Below are positions 1 to 10,100 of a stretch of DNA of 24,493 nucleotides, piece by piece; the first letter of the stretch is position 1; each line of letters opens with the position of its first letter. This DNA comes from Macrostomum lignano (taxonomy: Eukaryota). Both the position numbers and the translations under genes were made by a program. The stretch is from NCBI GenBank assembly GCA_002269645.1, contig NIVC01003624.1, forward strand, positions 1 through 24,493, in the 5' to 3' direction. The notes below the pieces were generated by a model. That model was given only the letters and a program-made list of their open reading frames with translations. It ran no database searches and was not told the origin of the DNA.

Positions 1-561
1 GGGCTGCGGTAGATAATGGAGGTAGATATGGAAGGTAGATAGGAAAAAGTCGATAGGGAGAGGTAGATAAGGTAGAGGTAGATAGGAGAGAGGTAGATAG
101 GGGAGAGTAGATATGAGAGAGGTAGATATGACAGAGGTATATATAAGAAAGTAGATATAGGAGAGGTAGATAGGGTAGAGGTATATAGGGCAGAGGTAGA
201 TAATGGCGAGGTAGTACTAGAGAGGTTGATGTGGGAGAGGCAGTAGAGGGGAGGGGCTTCATAGACCGAAATTTCACACGCCGAAAATTCTGCATGGTCC
301 TTGTTTATTTAGTTCTCTATCGATGTGAAATTTCGGTTTATGCAAGCCAACGGGTAGAGGAGAGGTAGATATGGGAGAAGTAGATATGGGAGAGGTAGAT
401 AGAGGAGAGGTAGATATGGGTGAAGTAGATATGGGAGAAGTAGACAGAGGAGAGGTAGATGTGGGAGAAGTAGATATGGGAGAGGTAGACAGAGGAGAGG
501 TAGATGTGGGAGAAGTAGATATGGGAGAGGTAGACAGAGGAGAGGTAGATGTGGGAGAAGT
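1..561. repeat. Purine-rich 15-bp minisatellite, consensus ~ATGGGAGAGGTAGAT; degenerate at 1-254, regular at ~361-561 with a 45-bp higher-order unit
   Basis: Direct reading: GGAGAGGTAGAT / GGAGAAGTAGAT recurs every 15 nt. The frame gives (GEVDM-GEVDR-GEVDV)n, which shows the 3x15 periodicity. Confidence 0.93.
255..348. mobile_element. 94-bp fold-back / MITE-like element with ~26-28 bp imperfect terminal inverted repeats, inserted in the 15-bp minisatellite
   Basis: The left arm 255-280 GGCTT-CATAGACCGAAATTTCACA-CG matches the reverse complement of the right arm 321-348 (GGCTTGCATAAACCGAAATTTCACATCG) with 1 mismatch and 2 single-base gaps. The minisatellite resumes on both sides. No clear TSD. 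Confidence 0.6.
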
Positions 562-1042
562 GTAGACTCAGAAAGAATTTATACTAAAAAACGACGTGTA
601 AAGTTTGATATCATGCCTTGTATTCTTGACTAAAGCTAAACAATTGAGTCTCGTGTCTGGCAGTAAAAAGTCCCTCAGCTCCATCACTTGTTGAGGAAAC
701 TATGGGGTGTGTACAAAGGCTTAAGTCCAGCTAAGTACCAAGCTGTATATTTGATTACACGGGTTGCTAAATATCGTGAGGTGCTTAAATTTCAACACAA
801 AAGGGTTCCTTCAGTCAGCCCACCTCTGTTCTTAATAACATTCAGATGCGCTGAAGTGGGTGTCGCGTAACACACTCGGCTTTGGGGGCTCAATGCGCTT
901 AATAAAGTCAACATAAGTCAGCCGCTTAGCAAACACGGCAGGCATAGCGGCGGCCTTGATAACACCAACAGTGAATTGACTCCGAATTAGTCAGAATTTA
1001 TTGTTTGCAAATTATGAGTTTTATATAATCATAATCGATTTT

Positions 1043-1285
1043 CAGATTTGGGTGGAAATGACCAGATTTGAATAGAAATGACCAGAATTGGATAGAAATG
1101 ACCAGATTTGAATAGAAATGACCATATTAGAATAGAAATGACCAGAATAGAATAGAAATGACCAGATTTGGATAGAAATGACCAGATTAGAATAGAAATG
1201 ATCAAATTTGGATAGAAATGACCAGATTAGAATAGAAATGATCAGATTTGGATAGAAATGACCAGATTTGAATAGAAATGACCAT
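1043..1285. repeat. 20-bp minisatellite, consensus ACCAGATTTGRATAGAAATG, 11 full copies (1061-1280) plus partial copies
   Basis: Exact 20-nt periodicity is visible. The TTTGGATA and TTAGAATA variants alternate at 1161-1260. Confidence 0.95.
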
Positions 1286-1418
1286 TTTCATTTTAGACAC
1301 ATAATGACCAGATTTCTTGCGAATAATCCAAAGTTCCTGTACAATTTGACACATGGTTGATTTTGATCTCATTTAGTTAATAACAGCATCCCACACTCGC
1401 CACTCCATCATCTCGCAG

Positions 1419-1762
1419 TTTCCTCAACCGAGCTCAAAGTCACCCAGCAACTACCGCCCAGCATCACCGTTCGCGAGTTGTCCAGCCTCAACTTGAACTG
1501 CGGACTCGACCGCCCGACTACATAATCATGGAGCTTTGCCCAAGCTGGCCAACCGCTAGGCAAGCTCATCCGCTGCCACAGCCAAGGGCACCTGCGGCAA
1601 TGTGGACGAAACGCAGGCAGCGTTTGCTAACGTCAGCGTGTCCGCAACACTAACGGCAGTCTGCTGTGGACAGCGTTGGTCAGGGACAGAGCGGGCGCTA
1701 CCAGTGTCAGGGCCTGCTGCGCTTGCAGTCAGTCAGGACTGAGACTCTGGTCAACGTGCAGG
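1419..1762 (+). pseudogene. Single immunoglobulin-like (I/V-set type) domain exon of an Ig-superfamily gene, disrupted (pseudo-exon or sequencing errors)
   Basis: Acceptor CATCTCGCAG ends at 1418 and donor CAGG/GTGAGA starts at 1763, both phase 1. Translation: xSSTELKVTQQLPPSITVRELSSLNLNCGLDRPTT*SWSFAQAGQPLGK...C*RQRVRNTNGSLL, then after a 1-nt shift at ~1667 DSVGQGQSGRYQCQGLLRLQSVRTETLVNVQ. It has the B-strand Cys (1499-1501), C-strand Trp (1529-1531), an NGSL-type E strand and the SGxYxC F-strand motif. The length is 344 nt; restoring 1 nt gives 345, a symmetric exon. In-frame TAA at 1523 and 1628. Confidence 0.72.
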
Positions 1763-1849
1763 GTGAGATGTGTTCCGTTCTGCTGTTGCTGCTTTTTGAG
1801 AGTCTGGCGATTCATTAGAAATTTTCCGATTTTTTGGGTGAGTATGTTG

Positions 1850-2610
1850 GGGCGAGAGAGAGGGGAGACGAGATATTATGAGGGAGAGAAGGAGAGGAGA
1901 GGAGAATAGAAAATAGAGACGGAGAGAGTGTAAGGAGGAAGGAAAAGAAGAGATGGAGAGTGGAGAGAGCGAGAGTGAGAAGAGAGGAGAAAAAAAGGCG
2001 AGAGAAGAGAGGAAGAGGCGATAGAAGAGAGGGAGAGGCGAGAGAAGAGAGGGAGAGGCGAAGAAGAGAGGGAGAGGCGAGAGAAGAGAGGAGAGGCGAG
2101 AGAAGAAAGAGAGAGGCGGGAGAAGAGAGGGAGAGGCGAGAGAAGAGAGGGAGGCGAGAGAAGAGAGGGGAGGCGAGAGAAGAGAGGGAGAGGCGAGAGA
2201 AGAGAGGGAGAGGCGAGGAGAGAGGGAGAGGCGAGAGGAGAGGGAGAGGCGAGAGAAGAGAGGGAGAGGCGAGAGAAAGAGGGAGAGGCGAGAGAAGAGA
2301 GGAGAGGCGAGAGGAGAGAGGGAGAGGCGAGAGGAGAGAGGGAGAGGCGAGAGAGAGAGAAGAGAAGAGAGGGAGAGGCGAGAGAAGAGAGAGAGGAGGG
2401 CGAGAGAGAGAGGAGAGGCGAGAGAGAGGGAGAGGCGAGAGCAAGAGAGGGGAGAGGCGAGAGGAGAGAGGGAGAGGCGAGAGAAGAGAGGGAGAGGCGA
2501 GAGGAGAGAGGGAGAGGCGAGAGAGAGGGAGAGGCGAGAGGAGAGAGGGAGGAGAGAGAAGATGGAGAATAGGGGAGAGGTAGAGGAGAGAGAGAGAGGA
2601 GAGAGGAGAG
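1850..2610. repeat. Almost pure polypurine GA-rich minisatellite, core ~20-bp GAGGGAGAGGCGAGAGAAGA
   Basis: Direct reading. T is nearly absent between ~1980 and 2560. ORFs 1815-2444 and 1960-2583 are by-products of this repeat. Confidence 0.93.
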
Positions 2611-2635
2611 TCTCTATATAGTTTCAGTTTCCCAG

Positions 2636-2709
2636 ATCAAGCACAATCGCAGGCCATGGGATTTGTCTCTCTAGTTGAGCTGATCACAAAAATCACCAAA
2701 CCGAGATAA
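2636..2709 (+). other. Possible exon following the Ig exon (phase-1 acceptor; DQAQSQAMGFVSLVELITKITKPR*)
   Basis: Acceptor-like GTTTCAGTTTCCCAG ends at 2635, right after the GA tract. The phase-1 frame is compatible with the Ig exon and open for 24 codons to TAA at 2707-2709. No recognisable domain. Confidence 0.25.
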
Positions 2710-3297
2710 CTGCGCAGATCCATCAGCAGTTTATGACTAATCCCATCGATTGCATGCTAGAAAACTGAAGTGATACTGAAGAATTGAATACTGAAGTGAT
2801 ACTGAAAACTGAAGAAGATAACGAGAAAAAATCTTTCCTAAAACAACATCAAACTGATTCCAAGAGCATGGATAAAATATGCTCAAATTGAAAACGTGTC
2901 GGCTTCCTTCCCACTTCCTCTTCGAAAGGGGAAGCAAAGTAATTCGCTGCCCCCTCAAGGCAAAGATCAAGGATAGCCAGGCGCCAGGCACTGCTGTTGC
3001 AAGGCTAAACATTCCTTGTCTTTTCGTTCGACAAGGAAAGGCGGAACCAATATGTCTCCCCAACACCTCTTGCAGAAACTACTCAAAGCAGTGGAGTCAT
3101 GGGCGGTACCAGCAGTGCTGGCGGCCTCTTTGCGTGACGCAGCATGAAATTCCTGCCTAAAAAACAATTGAGAACCCCAAAAGCAGCGTCAACTCTTAGT
3201 TTAACCCTGATATGGAATTTCAGCCCTCGCGGTCGATGTGGTAGGCTGTTGCAGTCCCGTGTGTGAGATGAAGTGCAAAAGCGCAGTCTCATGTATG

Positions 3298-3868
3298 CCC
3301 TCTCTCTCTTTATCTGTACCCTCCCTCTCTTTATCTGTACCCTCTCTCTCGCTTTATCTGTACCCTCTCTCTCTTTATCTGTGCCCTCTCTCTCTTTATC
3401 TGTACCCTCTCTCTCTTCATCTGTACCCTCTCTCTCTTCATCTGTACCCCTCTCTCTCTCATCTGTACCCTCTCTCTCTTCATCTGTACCCTCTCTCTCT
3501 TCATCTGTACCCTCTCTCTCTTCATCTGTACCCTCTCTCTCTTCATCTGTACCCTATCTATCTCATCTGTGCCCTCTCTCTTCATCTGTGCCCTCTCTCT
3601 TTCATCTGCTGCCCTCTCTCTCTTCATCTGTGCCCTCTCTCTCTTCATCTGCTGCCCCTCTCTCTTCATCTGTGCCCTCTCTCTCTTCATCTTGCCCTCG
3701 CTCTCTTCATCTGTGCCCTCTCTTTACGAGCGTATCTGTACCCTCTCTCTCTTGATCTGTACCCTTTATCTCTTGATCTGTACCCTCTCTCTTCATCTGT
3801 ACCCTCTCTATCTTCATCTGTGCCCTCTCTCTTTATCTATACCCTCTCTTCATTCATCTATACCCTCT
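3298..3868. repeat. Pyrimidine-rich ~21-bp minisatellite, consensus CCCTCTCTCTCTTCATCTGTA (CT run length variable)
   Basis: Direct reading: the ATCTGT(A/G)CCCTCTCTC motif recurs >25 times. ORFs 3238-3978, 3273-3755, 3331-3690 and 3569-3988 derive from it. Confidence 0.93.
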
Positions 3869-4158
3869 GTTTTAATTTTGACCCTCTACCCTCCTCTATA
3901 TCCTTTCGCTACCTCTCTCCTTCTCTATTTTATATCCTTCCCTGTGTTACAAAGCTGTCGAAGGTTTGCCAAAAATGACGAAACTTAAACCAATAAACAA
4001 CACAGATTTTCCCTATCCCAACAAAAATAAAGCTAAAATCAGATACACTACTTTAAGGAGAAAAACAAAGACACATATTAGACTTCAAGAAAAAACTACA
4101 ATCCTTCGAAAAACTATTTGAAGTTATAGTTATTCAAATAACTATGTAAATAACAATA

Positions 4159-7100
4159 TTTGCACCTGCTATATCAGCCCCATTTGGTGTCATTTCTAAG
4201 CTCTCCATTTAATTCTATATATTGACAGCGACAGGGCTAGTTAGAGATGCTGAGAGTAGCGGGCTCTGCGTCATCTTTGCACCTGTGTATATCAGCCCCA
4301 TTGAGTGTCATTTCTAAGCTCTCCATTTAATTCTATATATTGACAGCGACAGGGCTAGTTAGAGATGCTGAGAGTAGCGGCTCTGCGTCATCTTTGCACC
4401 TGTGTATATCAGCCCCATTGAGTGTCATTTCTAAGCTCTCCATTTAATTCTATATATTGACAGCGACAGGGCTAGTTAGAGATGCTGAGAGTAGCGGGCT
4501 CTGCGTCATCTTTGCACCTGTGTATATCAGCCCCATTGAGTGTCATTTCTAAGCTCTCCATTTAATTCTATATATTGACAGCGACAGGGCTAGTTAGAGA
4601 TGCTGAGAGTAGCGGGCTCTGCGTCATCTTTGCACCTGTGTATATCAGCCCCATTGAGTGTCATTTCTAAGCTCTCCATTTAATTCTATATATTGACAGC
4701 GACAGGGCTAGTTAGAGATGCTGAGAGTAGCGGGCTCTGCGTCATCTTTGCACCTGTGTATATCAGCCCCATTGAGTGTCATTTCTAAGCTCTCCATTTA
4801 ATTCTATATATTGACAGCGACAGGGCTAGTTAGAGATGCTGAGAGTAGCGGGCTCTGCGTCATCTTTGCACCTGTGTATATCAGCCCCATTGAGTGTCAT
4901 TTCTAAGCTCTCCATTTAATTCTATATATTGACAGCGACAGGGCTAGTTAGAGATGCTGAGAGTAGCGGGCTCTGCGTCATCTTTGCACCTGTGTATATC
5001 AGCCCATTGAGTGTCATTTCTAAGCTCTCCATTTAATTCTATATATTGACAGCGACAGGGCTAGTTAGAGATGCTGAGAGTAGCGGGCTCTGCGTCATCT
5101 TTGCACCTGTGTATATCAGCCCCATTGAGTGTCATTTCTAAGCTCTCCATTTAATTCTATATATTGACAGCGACAGGGCTAGTTAGAGATGCTGAGAGTA
5201 GCGGGCTCTGCGTCATCTTTGCACCTGTGTATATCAGCCCCATTGAGTGTCATTTCTAAGCTCTCCATTTAATTCTATATATTGACAGCGACAGGGCTAG
5301 TTAGAGATGCTGAGAGTAGCGGGCTCTGCGTCATCTTTGCACCTGTGTATATCAGCCCCATTGAGTGTCATTTCTAAGCTCTCCATTTAATTCTATATAT
5401 GACAACAGCTAGAGAGATCAGAGTACAGAGTTACAGGAGAAATTAATTTATATATCGACATATTAGAGAGAGAGACACACATATCCTTGAAAAAGTCTCA
5501 TTTAATTATATATTGACAACAGGGCGTTAAGATGTAGATACAATCTTTGCACCTGATATCAGCCCCATTGAGTGTCATTTCTAAGCTCTCCATTTAATTC
5601 TATATATGACAGCGACAGGGCTAGTTAGAGATGCTGAGAGTAGCGGGCTCTGCGTCATCTTTGCACCTGTGTATATCAGCCCATTGAGTGTCATTTCTAA
5701 GCTCTCCATTTAATTCTATATATTGACAGCGACAGGCTAGTTAGAGATGCTGAGAGTAGCGGGCTCTGCGTCATCTTTGCACCTGTGTATATCAGCCCCA
5801 TTGAGTGTCATTTCTAAGCTCTCCATTTAATTCTATATATTGACAGCGACAGGGCTAGTTAGAGATGCTGAGAGTAGCGGGCTCTGCGTCATCTTTGCAC
5901 CTGTGTATATCAGCCCCATTGAGTGTCATTTCTAAGCTCTCATTTAATTCTATATATTGACAGCGACAGGGCTAGTTAGAGATGCTGAGAGTAGCGGGCT
6001 CTGCGTCATCTTTGCACCTGTGTATATCAGCCCATTGAGTGTCATTTCTAAGCTCTCCATTTAATTCTATATATTGACAGCGACAGGGCTAGTTAGAGAT
6101 GCTGAGAGTAGCGGGCTCTGCGTCATCTTTGCACCTGTGTATATCAGCCCATTGAGTGTCATTTCTAAGCTCTCCATTTAATTCTATATATTGACAGCGA
6201 CAGGGCTAGTTAGAGATGCTGAGAGTAGCGGGCTCTGCGTCATCTTTGCACCTGTGTATATCAGCCCCATTGAGTGTCATTTCTAAGCTCTCCATTTAAT
6301 TCTATATATTGACAGCGACAGGGCTAGTTAGAGATGCTGAGAGTAGCGGGCTCTGCGTCATCTTTGCACCTGTGTATATCAGCCCATTGAGTGTCATTTC
6401 TAAGCTCTCCATTTAATTCTATATATTGACAGCGACAGGGCTAGTTAGAGATGCTGAGAGTAGCGGGCTCTGCGTCATCTTTGCACCTGTGTATATCAGC
6501 CCATTGAGTGTCATTTCTAAGCTCTCCATTTAATTCTATATATTGACAGCGACAGGGCTAGTTAGAGATGCTGAGAGTAGCGGGCTCTGCGTCATCTTTG
6601 CACCTGTGTATATCAGCCCCATTGAGTGTCATTTCTAAGCTCTCCATTTAATTCTATATATTGACAGCGACAGGGCTAGTTAGAGATGCTGAGAGTAGCG
6701 GGCTCTGCGTCATCTTTGCACCTGTGTATATCAGCCCCATTGAGTGTCATTTCTAAGCTCTCCATTTAATTCTATATATTGACAGCGACAGGGCTAGTTA
6801 GAGATGCTGAGAGTAGCGGGCTCTGCGTCATCTTTGCACCTGTGTATATCAGCCCCATTGAGTGTCATTTCTAAGCTCTCCATTTAATTCTATATATTGA
6901 CAGCGACAGGGCTAGTTAGAGATGCTGAGAGTAGCGGGCTCTGCGTCATCTTTGCACCTGTGTATATCAGCCCCATTGAGTGTCATTTCTAAGCTCTCCA
7001 TTTAATTCTATATATTGACAGCGACAGGGCTAGTTAGAGATGCTGAGAGTAGCGGGCTCTGCGTCATCTTTGCACCTGTGTATATCAGCCCCATTGAGTG

Positions 7101-10100
7101 TCATTTCTAAGCTCTCCATTTAATTCTATATATTGACAGCGACAGGGCTAGTTAGAGATGCTGAGAGTAGCGGGCTCTGCGTCATCTTTGCACCTGTGTA
7201 TATCAGCCCCATTGAGTGTCATTTCTAAGCTCTCCATTTAATTCTATATATTGACAGCGACAGGGCTAGTTAGAGATGCTGAGAGTAGCGGGCTCTGCGT
7301 CATCTTTGCACCTGTGTATATCAGCCCCATTGAGTGTCATTTCTAAGCTCTCCATTTAATTCTATATATTGACAGCGACAGGGCTAGTTAGAGATGCTGA
7401 GAGTAGCGGGCTCTGCGTCATCTTTGCACCTGTGTATATCAGCCCCATTGAGTGTCATTTCTAAGCTCTCCATTTAATTCTATATATTGACAGCGACAGG
7501 GCTAGTTAGAGATGCTGAGAGTAGCGGGCTCTGCGTCATCTTTGCACCTGTGTATATCAGCCCCATTGAGTGTCATTTCTAAGCTCTCCATTTAATTCTA
7601 TATATTGACAGCGACAGGGCTAGTTAGAGATGCTGAGAGTAGCGGGCTCTGCGTCATCTTTGCACCTGTGTATATCAGCCCCATTGAGTGTCATTTCTAA
7701 GCTCTCCATTTAATTCTATATATTGACAGCGACAGGGCTAGTTAGAGATGCTGAGAGTAGCGGGCTCTGCGTCATCTTTGCACCTGTGTATATCAGCCCC
7801 ATTGAGTGTCATTTCTAAGCTCTCCATTTAATTCTATATATTGACAGCGACAGGGCTAGTTAGAGATGCTGAGAGTAGCGGGCTCTGCGTCATCTTTGCA
7901 CCTGTGTATATCAGCCCATTGAGTGTCATTTCTAAGCTCTCCATTTAATTCTATATATTGACAGCGACAGGGCTAGTTAGAGATGCTGAGAGTAGCGGGC
8001 TCTGCGTCATCTTTGCACCTGTGTATATCAGCCCCATTGAGTGTCATTTCTAAGCTCTCCATTTAATTCTATATATTGACAGCGACAGGGCTAGTTAGAG
8101 ATGCTGAGAGTAGCGGGCTCTGCGTCATCTTTGCACCTGTGTATATCAGCCCCATTGAGTGTCATTTCTAAGCTCTCCATTTAATTCTATATATTGACAG
8201 CGACAGGGCTAGTTAGAGATGCTGAGAGTAGCGGGCTCTGCGTCATCTTTGCACCTGTGTATATCAGCCCCATTGAGTGTCATTTCTAAGCTCTCCATTT
8301 AATTCTATATATTGACAGCGACAGGGCTAGTTAGAGATGCTGAGAGTAGCGGGCTCTGCGTCATCTTTGCACCTGTGTATATCAGCCCCATTGAGTGTCA
8401 TTTCTAAGCTCTCCATTTAATTCTATATATTGACAGCGACAGGGCTAGTTAGAGATGCTGAGAGTAGCGGGCTCTGCGTCATCTTTGCACCTGTGTATAT
8501 CAGCCCCATTGAGTGTCATTTCTAAGCTCTCCATTTAATTCTATATATTGACAGCGACAGGGCTAGTTAGAGATGCTGAGAGTAGCGGGCTCTGCGTCAT
8601 CTTTGCACCTGTGTATATCAGCCCCATTGAGTGTCATTTCTAAGCTCTCCATTTAATTCTATATATTGACAGCGACAGGGCTAGTTAGAGATGCTGAGAG
8701 TAGCGGGCTCTGCGTCATCTTTGCACCTGTGTATATCAGCCCCATTGAGTGTCATTTCTAAGCTCTCCATTTAATTCTATATATTGACAGCGACAGGGCT
8801 AGTTAGAGATGCTGAGAGTAGCGGGCTCTGCGTCATCTTTGCACCTGTGTATATCAGCCCCATTGAGTGTCATTTCTAAGCTCTCCATTTAATTCTATAT
8901 ATTGACAGCGACAGGGCTAGTTAGAGATGCTGAGAGTAGCGGGCTCTGCGTCATCTTTGCACCTGTGTATATCAGCCCCATTGAGTGTCATTTCTAAGCT
9001 CTCCATTTAATTCTATATATTGACAGCGACAGGGCTAGTTAGAGATGCTGAGAGTAGCGGGCTCTGCGTCATCTTTGCACCTGTGTATATCAGCCCCATT
9101 GAGTGTCATTTCTAAGCTCTCCATTTAATTCTATATATTGACAGCGACAGGGCTAGTTAGAGATGCTGAGAGTAGCGGGCTCTGCGTCATCTTTGCACCT
9201 GTGTATATCAGCCCCATTGAGTGTCATTTCTAAGCTCTCCATTTAATTCTATATATTGACAGCGACAGGGCTAGTTAGAGATGCTGAGAGTAGCGGGCTC
9301 TGCGTCATCTTTGCACCTGTGTATATCAGCCCCATTGAGTGTCATTTCTAAGCTCTCCATTTAATTCTATATATTGACAGCGACAGGGCTAGTTAGAGAT
9401 GCTGAGAGTAGCGGGCTCTGCGTCATCTTTGCACCTGTGTATATCAGCCCCATTGAGTGTCATTTCTAAGCTCTCCATTTAATTCTATATATTGACAGCG
9501 ACAGGGCTAGTTAGAGATGCTGAGAGTAGCGGGCTCTGCGTCATCTTTGCACCTGTGTATATCAGCCCCATTGAGTGTCATTTCTAAGCTCTCCATTTAA
9601 TTCTATATATTGACAGCGACAGGGCTAGTTAGAGATGCTGAGAGTAGCGGGCTCTGCGTCATCTTTGCACCTGTGTATATCAGCCCCATTGAGTGTCATT
9701 TCTAAGCTCTCCATTTAATTCTATATATTGACAGCGACAGGGCTAGTTAGAGATGCTGAGAGTAGCGGGCTCTGCGTCATCTTTGCACCTGTGTATATCA
9801 GCCCCATTGAGTGTCATTTCTAAGCTCTCCATTTAATTCTATATATTGACAGCGACAGGGCTAGTTAGAGATGCTGAGAGTAGCGGGCTCTGCGTCATCT
9901 TTGCACCTGTGTATATCAGCCCCATTGAGTGTCATTTCTAAGCTCTCCATTTAATTCTATATATTGACAGCGACAGGGCTAGTTAGAGATGCTGAGAGTA
10001 GCGGGCTCTGCGTCATCTTTGCACCTGTGTATATCAGCCCCATTGAGTGTCATTTCTAAGCTCTCCATTTAATTCTATATATTGACAGCGACAGGGCTAG

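Noticed and set aside
690-760. Tyrosine recombinase (AGLKPLYTPHSF resembles the HSxR box) on the minus strand
   Set aside because: The catalytic Arg is absent (HSFL), no downstream Tyr box is recognisable, and the frame closes immediately.
1508-1545. Protein-kinase hinge motif (DYIIMELCP) in another frame
   Set aside because: No other kinase subdomain is present. The overlapping frame gives a complete Ig domain with matching splice phases, which explains the region better.
2764-2806. 17-bp direct repeat ACTGAAGTGATACTGAA (2764-2780, 2790-2806) as a regulatory site or TSD
   Set aside because: The copies are only 9 nt apart in low-complexity ACTGAA-rich sequence; local slippage is sufficient.
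371-3988. ORFs 371-565, 1815-2444, 1960-2583, 3238-3978, 3273-3755, 3331-3690 and 3569-3988 as real proteins
   Set aside because: They are translations of stop-free simple repeats and are open in several frames and on both strands.
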